DNA of 33,013 nt from a virus. The notes under the pieces are model-generated. The model made no database searches, had not been told where the DNA came from, and saw only the letters and a list, made by a program, of their open reading frames with translations. The DNA lies in IMG/VR virus record IMGVR_UViG_3300045988_097193, one strand, 5' to 3'. Below are positions 6,494 through 13,007 of the stretch, piece after piece (position 1 is the stretch's first letter; each line of letters begins with the position of its first letter). The position numbers and the translations under genes are program-made.

Positions 6494-6682
6494 CTACTTT
6501 ACGAAAAGCACCTTGTATCCCTCTCGCATCTCATCTAGACGGAGCCACGTGTTCACGTCGTAGTCCTTCTTGTCGGATTCCGTCATGTCCCCGACCTTTC
6601 CACTCCAATGGAACTGTGAGCCATCATAGAGGAGAACCTCATCGTCGGGCTGGAAGTCTGTGTCGAAGATTGTGTTTGCCGT
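6494..6682 (-). CDS. 62-codon ORF with ACG at the expected start position; either a start-codon-loss pseudogene or non-AUG initiation
   Basis: The conserved SD box GAGAGAAGGGAACCCCC is followed by aaACG where paralogous cassettes have ATG. The frame stays open to TAG at 6494. An in-frame TAG lies 10 codons upstream with no ATG/GTG/TTG between. The first in-frame ATG would give only 30 aa. Confidence 0.4.
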   Translation of the reverse strand, partial: TANTIFDTDFQPDDEVLLYDGSQFHWSGKVGDMTESDKKDYDVNTWLRLDEMREGYKVLFVK

Positions 6683-6723
6683 TTGGGGGTTCCCTTCTCT
6701 CGATTTCCCCTATTGCGGTTACT

Positions 6724-6737
6724 AGTATATACCTATA
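6724..6737 (-). promoter_or_regulatory. Cassette box C3 (minus strand TATAGGTATATACT; GTATA-N4-TATAC palindrome)
   Basis: Aligned with C1 and C2. Confidence 0.45.
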
Positions 6738-6787
6738 CCGAGCAGTCGCAAGCGAGCCTCTGAAACTTTTTTCGTTCATATATGGGT

Positions 6788-6818
6788 GCGGCCCACAAGG
6801 TCGGGACTTGCGGGCCGC
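6788..6818 (-). other. Strong 12-bp stem-loop with no U tail, just downstream of the late-regulator gene
   Basis: Minus strand GCGGCCCGCAAG-ucccgac-CUUGUGGGCCGC, with one G-U pair. Confidence 0.6.
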
Positions 6819-6848
6819 TAGAGAAAGGAGACGCCGGTATAGGCGCGT

Positions 6849-7154
6849 CTACATTCTACCACGGAGGAACCTTCGGAGCTGCTTGGCTGGGCTTGACCTC
6901 TCGTAATGCATCCGCCTCGCTATCGTCTCCCAGCTTTTCCCTTCGAGAAACCGCATGACTGCCATCGCCCTGACTTTCGCGTCCGGTATCGTCGCGATGA
7001 AGGCCATGTCCTCAAGCCTTGCGGACTCGACAGCCATCGCCTGCCTGTCTATGGCCCTCAGAACCTCTGGGCTAGGCTCAAGGGCTGCGACCCTGCGGAG
7101 CGCGTCCAGCTCCGCCTTGAGATGCACGGCCTGCGAGAGCTCGCGCTCCGTCAT
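6849..7154 (-). CDS. Sigma-70 region-4-like phage transcriptional regulator (DUF1492/RinA/ArpU-like), putative late-gene activator
   Basis: ATG 7154 forms an ATGA overlap with the DnaC-like gene. IPDAKVRAMAVMRFLEGKSWETIARRMHYERSSPAKQLRRF matches the R.il..RY..G.sW..IA..m.ys.r pattern. Sits at the end of the early module. Confidence 0.65.
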   Translation of the reverse strand: MTERELSQAVHLKAELDALRRVAALEPSPEVLRAIDRQAMAVESARLEDMAFIATIPDAKVRAMAVMRFLEGKSWETIARRMHYERSSPAKQLRRFLRGRM

Positions 7155-7990
7155 AAACCGAGAAGCTCCTTGGCTGCTGCCGTCCTTGCAGCGTAGTCCG
7201 AACGTCTGCGGTCTTGCCCGTTGAAGGCCACGGGTACGCACATGTCCATGATGCGGCTGTAGATTCGCTGCTCGCCTATCCCATCGGCACCCATGAGGTC
7301 GCGTGGGTTGATGTTCGTCGTGACTATCAACGGGAGCTTGGAGCGGTACCGCGCGTCGATGACTGCCGTCACCTGCTCCGTCATGTACTCGGTTCGCCTC
7401 TCGGTGGCGAAGTCATCAATAATCAGAAGGTCGAACTTCTGCAGGCTGTCGATGTACTCCTGCTTTCCGGCGAACCCGTTCTGCAGCTTGTTGACTATCC
7501 GCTGGAAGTTGGTCATGAGACACGGCGTGCCGCTCTCAATCAGCGCGTTCGCTATGCATGCGGCCGCAAAGCTCTTCCCGCTGCCGACGTTTCCGTAGAG
7601 CATCAGCCCCGTGCCGTTCTCCAGCATCTGCGGGAACTTCTCCACGTAGCGCTTCATCGCCGACATCGTCTTCGCGTCCTTGCCATCGTCGTTGGCGAAC
7701 GTCCAGTCGCGCATCTCTGAGTCCGGGAACCCGGTGCGGCGCATCCTGTCCACGCGCTGCATTCTCTCGCGTGCCCTGTCCTCTTCCTTGAGTCGCTCTT
7801 CCCTCTCGATTTCGCACCTGCACATGCAATACGGCTTGATTACCCTGCCGCCGCACTCAATCTCGCACTGCTTGGGCGTGTGACACTTTCCACAATACAG
7901 AAGGCCGTCCTTGATATAGTCGCCCTCCTGCGGCTTGTGATTCTGGGCTGCCGCCTTGGCAAGCCCTTCGATGATTCCGCTTGTATCCAT
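7151..7990 (-). CDS. DnaC/IstB-like AAA+ helicase loader with an N-terminal Cys-rich zinc-finger-like region
   Basis: Walker A GNVGSGKS, Walker B LLIIDDF. CGKCHTPKQCEIECGG...CMCRC. Confidence 0.85.
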   Translation of the reverse strand: MDTSGIIEGLAKAAAQNHKPQEGDYIKDGLLYCGKCHTPKQCEIECGGRVIKPYCMCRCEIEREERLKEEDRARERMQRVDRMRRTGFPDSEMRDWTFANDDGKDAKTMSAMKRYVEKFPQMLENGTGLMLYGNVGSGKSFAAACIANALIESGTPCLMTNFQRIVNKLQNGFAGKQEYIDSLQKFDLLIIDDFATERRTEYMTEQVTAVIDARYRSKLPLIVTTNINPRDLMGADGIGEQRIYSRIMDMCVPVAFNGQDRRRSDYAARTAAAKELLGL

Positions 7991-8004
7991 GTCTTGTTTC
8001 CTCC

Positions 8005-8826
8005 TTAACTGTTCTTCGGCGCGTACTTGCCGAGTCCTAGAACCTTGTCGACCTCTTCATCGCCGGTGCTCTGGTAGTAATAGTCGGCGTCTACCTTCTT
8101 GTTGAAGCCGTTTTCCTGTGCCCTTCTTGACTGCTGGGAATGACTCTGCCTGTCCTTCCGTGCCCAGTTCCGAATCGTCGCCAGATGGTTCTTGTAGCTC
8201 TTCCCATGCGACTCCATGTAGCTGCTTAGATTCTCGATTTTCTCTTCCCAGTCAGTGGGGAACTCTGCTTGCAGCTTCTCCATGTCTGAGTCTGAGAGAA
8301 GGACGTTTGAGTACTCCCCGTACTTGTGGCGCGTCTCCCTCTTCTGCGAGGGCCTATCGCATTTGATAGATGGATTGATAATAGACGGGTCACTGATAGA
8401 TGAATCTTTGTTGCTACTTTGAAGTGGTACGGGGTCACACTTTGAAGTGGTACCCCCGTCGCACTTTGAAGTGGTACCCGTATCACTTTGAAGTTGTACG
8501 GCCTGTTCAGTTGGGCGATAATACGCACGAGTGCCGACCTCGCTATTCTTGACTTTTTGATGATATAGCAAGCCGAACTTTACCAGCTTCTTGAGCCTGC
8601 GCCGTACCGCTTCTGGGTTGAGGTGCATAATCGGCAGTTCGTCGCATACGTATGAAGCACTGACCCACCCATATTCGACGCCGTCTATTACGCGCTTCTC
8701 CATGCCGCCAAAATAGAAGTCCATAATCCATCGCAGAATCATGAGGTCGCGTTCGTCTATTGATTGATGTTCATCGCGCAGATTAAGGACTTGCTCTTGG
8801 CTGAAGCCGAATATCGTGTATTTCAT
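8005..8826 (-). CDS. Replisome organiser / DnaD-like replication initiator
   Basis: ATG 8826 follows SD AGGTGGTG. N-terminal winged-helix-like region; C-terminal YMESHGKSYKNHLATIRNWARKD is a DnaD-type tail. Iterons lie inside the linker and a helicase loader is encoded downstream. Confidence 0.75.
   Translation of the reverse strand: MKYTIFGFSQEQVLNLRDEHQSIDERDLMILRWIMDFYFGGMEKRVIDGVEYGWVSASYVCDELPIMHLNPEAVRRRLKKLVKFGLLYHQKVKNSEVGTRAYYRPTEQAVQLQSDTGTTSKCDGGTTSKCDPVPLQSSNKDSSISDPSIINPSIKCDRPSQKRETRHKYGEYSNVLLSDSDMEKLQAEFPTDWEEKIENLSSYMESHGKSYKNHLATIRNWARKDRQSHSQQSRRAQENGFNKKVDADYYYQSTGDEEVDKVLGLGKYAPKNS
8364..8499. repeat. Putative origin: 4x ACTTTGAAGTGGTAC iterons (8416, 8439, 8463, 8485; spacing 22-24 bp) plus TGATAGATG repeats (8364, 8394)
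   Basis: Read directly. The fourth iteron has one mismatch. The repeats encode the low-complexity linker TTSKCDGGTTSKCD. Confidence 0.7.
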
Positions 8827-8840
8827 TTTCGCCACCACCT

Positions 8841-8889
8841 AAAAGAAAGCCCCGTCACAGGTTGCAGCTGCGACGGGGCTTTCTATTTT
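8841..8889. terminator. Hairpin with A/T tracts on both sides (bidirectional terminator or attenuator) in the leader of the replisome organiser gene
   Basis: AGCCCCGTC-15 nt loop-GACGGGGCT, with UUUCUUUU after it on the minus strand. Confidence 0.7.
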
Positions 8890-8949
8890 CATGCCGTTAA
8901 GGCTTGAAAAGCTATGTCATTTGCAAGGCTGCAACCCTCGCTTTCTTAA

Positions 8950-8958
8950 ATTATAGCA
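8950..8958 (-). promoter_or_regulatory. Extended -10 promoter element (minus strand TGcTATAAT)
   Basis: Perfect TGnTATAAT overlapping the DUF1064 stop, about 100 nt upstream of the terminator at 8841..8889. Confidence 0.4.
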
Positions 8959-9294
8959 TCACGATTCCTCGATGTTGATGTGATTGATGTACGACATGAG
9001 CTTTTTTTTCATCTTGTACTCGGCTGTCTTGAATCCCTTGCAGTCTTCCACGACAACCTTACCGCCGCGATGGTAAACGAAGTCTGCGACGTACTTCATG
9101 CCACGGTATTTCACGCCGTCGCATTCGAAGCTCGGCAAAAGCTCGAACGGCACCTGAAGGCGCAAGCCATCAATCTCGCCTGCTTCCTCCATATCTCTGA
9201 GCTTGGCATACCGCTTGGCTTCCTTGGCGCTGTCGAACTCTATGCCGTCAATCGTAGTCTTTTTGGCGTGGTACTTACTTGCCCGTGCTGCCAT
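8959..9294 (-). CDS. DUF1064 protein (PD-(D/E)XK-type, putative Holliday-junction resolvase-like)
   Basis: SKYHAKKTTIDGIEFDSAKEAKRYAKL ... DFVY ... VEDCKG. Start taken at ATG 9294; 9300 is also possible. Confidence 0.75.
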   Translation of the reverse strand: MAARASKYHAKKTTIDGIEFDSAKEAKRYAKLRDMEEAGEIDGLRLQVPFELLPSFECDGVKYRGMKYVADFVYHRGGKVVVEDCKGFKTAEYKMKKKLMSYINHINIEES

Positions 9295-9685
9295 AGCCAT
9301 TATCCCCTCTCTCGGAATCGTCAAGCTTGTCGACGACTTCAAAATCCACGTACTCGCACGGAACGACTACCAGCTGCGTGATTTTGTCCCCACGCTCGAT
9401 TTTGTAAGGCTTGTCTCCGTGATTGCAAAGCTTAACCATTATCGACCCAGTATAGCCCTCGTCGATGACGCCCTCGGACGTGATGCCGTGCCAGACATTC
9501 AGACCTGATTTGCTCTTCAGCATGCCGACGTAGCCGTGTGGCAGCTGGATGTGAACGCCCGTGTCGATGATGCATGAACACCTCGCGGGGATAACCGTCT
9601 CGACTGGCGAGCGAAGGTCTGCTCCCGCGTCCGTGCCGTGGGCACGCACGGGAACGAACGCGCCACTATCGAGTTTGATTTTCAT
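9275..9685 (-). CDS. dut: dUTP diphosphatase
   Basis: GTDAGADLRS, GMLKSKSGL, GVIDEGYTG, RGDNGYGSTG dUTPase motifs. ATG 9685 follows SD GGAAGG; 9694 is an alternative. Confidence 0.9.
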   Translation of the reverse strand: MKIKLDSGAFVPVRAHGTDAGADLRSPVETVIPARCSCIIDTGVHIQLPHGYVGMLKSKSGLNVWHGITSEGVIDEGYTGSIMVKLCNHGDKPYKIERGDKITQLVVVPCEYVDFEVVDKLDDSERGDNGYGSTGK

Positions 9686-9905
9686 TGCCTTCATCCTTCC
9701 CGAAGCTGTATCTTGCGTACCTTGTGGGCTGTCCGAAGCGGTTCTTGCCGCGCTCCCGCTCCGTGTGTATGTCGTGGCCGTCCTCCTTAAGCTCGAAGAT
9801 GGCAGCCGCGAGCCTAGTGACCCCCAAGTCCTTGAATGCGTCCAGCGGCGTGATGCTGCCGAACTCGCGGATATAATCGAGAACCATCTTCTTTTGGCTC
9901 ACCAT
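9666..9905 (-). CDS. Winged-helix DNA-binding protein (HTH_39-like)
   Basis: VLDYIREFGSITPLDAFKDLGVTRLAAAIFELKEDGHDI...RYARY pattern. Confidence 0.6.
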   Translation of the reverse strand: MVSQKKMVLDYIREFGSITPLDAFKDLGVTRLAAAIFELKEDGHDIHTERERGKNRFGQPTRYARYSFGKDEGNENQTR

Positions 9906-9918
9906 CGTTGCCCCCTTT

Positions 9919-10233
9919 CTAAATATAGTTTCGTCCTATGACCCGCATCCAGTCATCGAGCGACCAGCCGTAGTGCTCCATCGCCTGCTTCTGCGAAACC
10001 TCTTGCAGGTACTTCTCGAACGGGCGGTTGAAGTGCACCGCATAGTCGCTCATGTTGTGCGCGTCTGGCGATAGGAAGACGTACAGGCCAAGCTCGATTG
10101 ACTTCTTGCGGTTCGGGCCGTGGAAGACCTCGTGACGTACGAGCCACGGTTCGCGCTCGTCGTACCATTCAATCAAGACCCCGTGCCGCTCGTCATACCA
10201 TTCGCCGCACCCGAGGATGCTGTGCTCTCTCAT
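9919..10233 (-). CDS. Conserved small phage protein (104 aa), NinG/HNH-like family with partly substituted metal ligands
   Basis: ATGA overlap at 10230..10233. HEVFHGPNRKKSIELGLYVFLSPDAHN...VHFN...GRNYI resembles a Firmicutes phage family that normally carries C..C/HH ligands (from memory). Confidence 0.35.
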   Translation of the reverse strand: MREHSILGCGEWYDERHGVLIEWYDEREPWLVRHEVFHGPNRKKSIELGLYVFLSPDAHNMSDYAVHFNRPFEKYLQEVSQKQAMEHYGWSLDDWMRVIGRNYI

Positions 10234-10694
10234 TCCTCGCCCCCCACGTACTTCAGCCGTGCGATTTCCTCGCGCGTGAGAACCGGGATGCCCTGCGCCT
10301 CGCATTCCTCCCGCGCCCCGTCGATGAGCCGCGAGAACTCAGTCGAATCCATGTGCGAGGAACCCTTGTAGACGCGGTAATGGGTGAACTCGCGACCGCC
10401 AGCGAAACCCGTTCCGATTTTCTCGTAGTAGCGAAAGTAGCCGGACACGTCGATGTCGGAATGGACGCTCACGACCTCGAAAGGCGCGTGCTCCCTCAGC
10501 ATGCGGAAGTGAAGCTCCGAGGTCGGTATCTTCAGCACTCTGCCGAGCTGGTTGACCATCGACCAATAGTAGGCGTTCTGTGTCAGCGTACGCTTGCGCT
10601 TGCGCTCCTTGATTTCGTAAAGCTGCTCGCCCTTCGGCTGCTCGAAAAGCCAATGGATTATTTCCTCGGCTGTGCCAATTATGCCGCCCATCAT
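10230..10694 (-). CDS. NinB/Orf-like recombination mediator (tentative)
   Basis: ERKRKRTLTQNAYYWSMVNQLG and SSHMDSTEFSRLIDG...GIPV parallel lambda NinB (RSLDQN..LW; STS.M...EF.ELLE). Confidence 0.5.
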   Translation of the reverse strand: MMGGIIGTAEEIIHWLFEQPKGEQLYEIKERKRKRTLTQNAYYWSMVNQLGRVLKIPTSELHFRMLREHAPFEVVSVHSDIDVSGYFRYYEKIGTGFAGGREFTHYRVYKGSSHMDSTEFSRLIDGAREECEAQGIPVLTREEIARLKYVGGEE

Positions 10695-10757
10695 CCCGCG
10701 TCGCCCCCTTCCCAATGAGGGGCGGAATGCTTCAGAGCACCCCACCCCGTTTCAGTC

Positions 10758-11207
10758 TTAAAAAGGCAAATCATCGCCGTAGAACTCGGACTGCGGGGTC
10801 TCGGCGTAGGCCTGCCGGGCGTTCCACTGCGGCGCGGGCTGCGCCTGCTGTGGCGGCTGGTAGCCCTGCTGCTGCTGCGGCTTGCGGTTCTGCATAAGCT
10901 CGATTTCGTTGGCGATGATATCGACCTTCGAGTGCTTCTGGCCGTCCTTCTCCCAGCTCGAATAGTGGAGCTTGCCCGCGACCGCGACCTTCATGCCCTT
11001 CGTGAGGATGTCGCTCAGCGCCGTGGCGCGGTTTCCGAAGGTGACGCACTCGAAGAAGTTGGGAACGTCCTCCCACTGCCCCGAAGCGTTCTTGCGGCGG
11101 TCGTTGACCGCGATGCCGAAGCTCAGAACAGGCGTCCCGCTTGCCGTGCTGCGAAGTTCTGGTTCGCGTGTCAGGTTGCCAGCGATTGAAACATTGTTGA
11201 TGCTCAT
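10758..11207 (-). CDS. ssb: Single-stranded DNA-binding protein
   Basis: OB-fold N-terminus NNVSIAGNLTREPELR, a Q/P-rich linker and an acidic DDLPF C-terminal tip. ATG 11207 overlaps the upstream TAA. Confidence 0.9.
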   Translation of the reverse strand: MSINNVSIAGNLTREPELRSTASGTPVLSFGIAVNDRRKNASGQWEDVPNFFECVTFGNRATALSDILTKGMKVAVAGKLHYSSWEKDGQKHSKVDIIANEIELMQNRKPQQQQGYQPPQQAQPAPQWNARQAYAETPQSEFYGDDLPF

Positions 11208-11434
11208 TATTCGACACCCCCCTTGTTGTTCAGCTCTTCGAGCTTCTTGTCGTATGCGTCCCCCATGATGTGGCGGAAGACGGCGCTGGTGGTCGCGTCG
11301 TTCCATGTGAGATATTTGCCAGACCAATCGGTGCTCGCCCTGTTGAGCAGAACGTCCTTGACCATTTCCAAGTCAAACTTCGCCTTCAGCAGATTTTTGT
11401 ATTCAGTGTTCGTGATTTGAACCGTGTTCTCCAT
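11207..11434 (-). CDS. Hypothetical protein (75 aa)
   Basis: Well-spaced ORF between the SSAP and SSB genes. Confidence 0.6.
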   Translation of the reverse strand: MENTVQITNTEYKNLLKAKFDLEMVKDVLLNRASTDWSGKYLTWNDATTSAVFRHIMGDAYDKKLEELNNKGGVE

Positions 11435-11450
11435 TTTTCATCGTCCCTCT

Positions 11451-11957
11451 CTATTTGTCGGTTGCGAAGACGAAAGCCCTGCAACCCTTCGTGTCGTTGT
11501 AGATGCTAAGCCCCGTTATCTGGCCGCTCTCGATTCTGACCTTCTCGCAGCGGAAATTGTCGTAGCATTGAAAGCGCCCGTTCTTACCCTGCTTGACGTT
11601 GCACTTATCGGCGGGAACCCAGATGAACGGGGCCGTGTAAAGCTCGCGCCCGATTCCGAGCATGAACCCGGCCCGCTTGTATGCGTCAGAAGCGCGACCC
11701 TTCTCAGCTTCCATGTTGGAAGGCGTGCCGTTCGACTGCTTGGCAATCCATTGGTATTTTTCCTCGTCCCATATCTCGATGGTGCAGAAGAGCTCGCCGT
11801 TTATGCTCTGGTACGAGTTGCGCCACCCAGTCATTCCGAAAGTCTCGTCAAGGATGCGCATATCGCATCGGCTGTCCTTATACAGCAGAAGCGCCACGCC
11901 CCTCTGGCTGCATTGCGCCACGCGCACCTCGATTTCGTCTGCCCTCAGCTCGCGCAT
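11451..11957 (-). CDS. Rad52/Rad22-family single-strand annealing protein (Sak-like)
   Basis: LRADEIEVRV...LLLYKDSRCDMRILDETFG..GW...KGRASDAYKRAGFMLGIGRELY. Confidence 0.8.
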   Translation of the reverse strand: MRELRADEIEVRVAQCSQRGVALLLYKDSRCDMRILDETFGMTGWRNSYQSINGELFCTIEIWDEEKYQWIAKQSNGTPSNMEAEKGRASDAYKRAGFMLGIGRELYTAPFIWVPADKCNVKQGKNGRFQCYDNFRCEKVRIESGQITGLSIYNDTKGCRAFVFATDK

Positions 11958-11958
11958 A

Positions 11959-12441
11959 TCACTTCACCTGCAGGCTCTCGTTGGTGACGATTTCGGCGTG
12001 CTCGATTTCACGCCCGTCAGCCAGAGCAGCCTTGATTGCCGTGCGGTTAGGCGTAGGCTCCTTGAACGTCAGCAAATCGCAGGCGTTCTCACGTGCCCAG
12101 CCGATGAAGGAATCATCGAGCTGAACGCTCTTGGACTTGCGGTAGCTGCAACGGAGCCTTGGGGATTCGAACTTCTGGCCCTTCAGCGCGTAAACCAGAA
12201 GGTTCTTGATGCGCTCGGCCTTGTTCTCTACCGCCTTGCGGCGCTGTGCGAGGTTCTCTCCCTCCTCCTTCATGGCCTTCGCTTCGGCTGCGAGGTTCTT
12301 GTATAGACAGCCGATGTTCTCAACCTTCTGCGTGCGCTCCATCTGCAACTCGTCGAAGCGCTTCTCGTCCTCGATTTCGCCCGTCTCCATATCGACCAGA
12401 GACATGATAGAATCGTCTATCTCGTAAATGCTCATACCCAT
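11959..12441 (-). CDS. Siphovirus Gp157-like protein
   Basis: Coiled-coil N-terminus and the layout ...KVENIGCLYKNLAAEAKAMKEEGENLAQRRKAVENKAERIKNLL... typical of the Gp157 family. Precedes the SSAP gene. Confidence 0.65.
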   Translation of the reverse strand: MGMSIYEIDDSIMSLVDMETGEIEDEKRFDELQMERTQKVENIGCLYKNLAAEAKAMKEEGENLAQRRKAVENKAERIKNLLVYALKGQKFESPRLRCSYRKSKSVQLDDSFIGWARENACDLLTFKEPTPNRTAIKAALADGREIEHAEIVTNESLQVK

Positions 12442-12572
12442 GCCGTTGCCCCTTTCTCTCTCAGCTCTTCAAGCTCTTCGTCCGTGTAAAACACGTCCTT
12501 GCCTTCGAACAGCCTGTTAATCAGGTCGTACAGAGCCGTCATGTGCTCCTTGGTCGGGTTGCCCCTCTCCAT
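12432..12572 (-). CDS. Possible small protein (46 aa); start uncertain
   Basis: ATG 12572 (SD GGTGGAG, short spacing) or ATG 12542. Overlaps the tail of the Cro-like ORF. Confidence 0.35.
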   Translation of the reverse strand: MERGNPTKEHMTALYDLINRLFEGKDVFYTDEELEELREKGATAWV

Positions 12573-12786
12573 AGTCTCCACCGTCCCCGAAAAGATAGTC
12601 GAGCGTGAATGCCGCACCGTTGCGCTCTTCCAGCTCAGATTGAATTGCCATCATCTCACCAAGTCGAAAAGACTGCTTGCCGGAAAGAAGGCGAAAAACC
12701 GTGGGAACCGACTTACCGATTGATTCGGCAATATCTCCGTTCGTCATGCCAGCACGTGCGATTTCCGCTTTGAGATTCTTGTACAT
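12517..12786 (-). CDS. Cro-like HTH regulator (first early gene)
   Basis: ATG 12786 lies 7 nt after AAGGAGG. HTH MTNGDIAESIGKSVPTVFRLLSGK. Divergent from the repressor gene. Confidence 0.75.
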   Translation of the reverse strand: MYKNLKAEIARAGMTNGDIAESIGKSVPTVFRLLSGKQSFRLGEMMAIQSELEERNGAAFTLDYLFGDGGDYGEGQPDQGAHDGSVRPD

Positions 12787-12797
12787 CACTCCACCTC

Positions 12798-12829
12798 CTT
12801 ATGTGCTCAATGTGCGCACTTATGTGCTC
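12798..12829. promoter_or_regulatory. Two 11-bp direct repeats CTTATGTGCTC (12798, 12819; 21-bp phase) flanking the palindrome GTGCGCAC; operator candidates
   Basis: Read directly. A related inverted copy TGAGCACTATAG lies at 12908..12919. Confidence 0.5.
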
Positions 12830-12840
12830 CAACAATTTCC

Positions 12841-12868
12841 ATTATAGGTATGATTTTTCAAATTGCAA
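12841..12868 (-). promoter_or_regulatory. Early leftward promoter (-35 TTGCAA, 16-nt spacer, -10 TATAAT on the minus strand)
   Basis: Hexamers at 12863..12868 and 12841..12846 in an AT-rich divergent intergenic region. Confidence 0.6.
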
Positions 12869-12921
12869 TAGATTTTTCTAATTTTGTTATCATTTACTAT
12901 CAAAAAATGAGCACTATAGTG

Positions 12922-12951
12922 TTTACAGTGAACACCTATAGATTATATAAT
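12922..12951 (+). promoter_or_regulatory. Rightward promoter for the repressor/recombinase genes (-35 TTTACA, 18-nt spacer, -10 TATAAT)
   Basis: Hexamers at 12922..12927 and 12946..12951. Confidence 0.6.
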
Positions 12952-13007
12952 TGTCTTAGCAAACGTGGTGGTACCAACGTTTAGCGGTGAAAGGGGTCGA
13001 ATTTTGG

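Noticed and set aside
12843-12849. TATAGGT motif as the recognition promoter of the phage sigma-like regulator.
   Set aside because: It cannot be supported from sequence alone. The motif overlaps ordinary TATAAT/TATACT -10-like hexamers and may simply reflect them, so it is reported only as a shared box needing a statistical and binding test.
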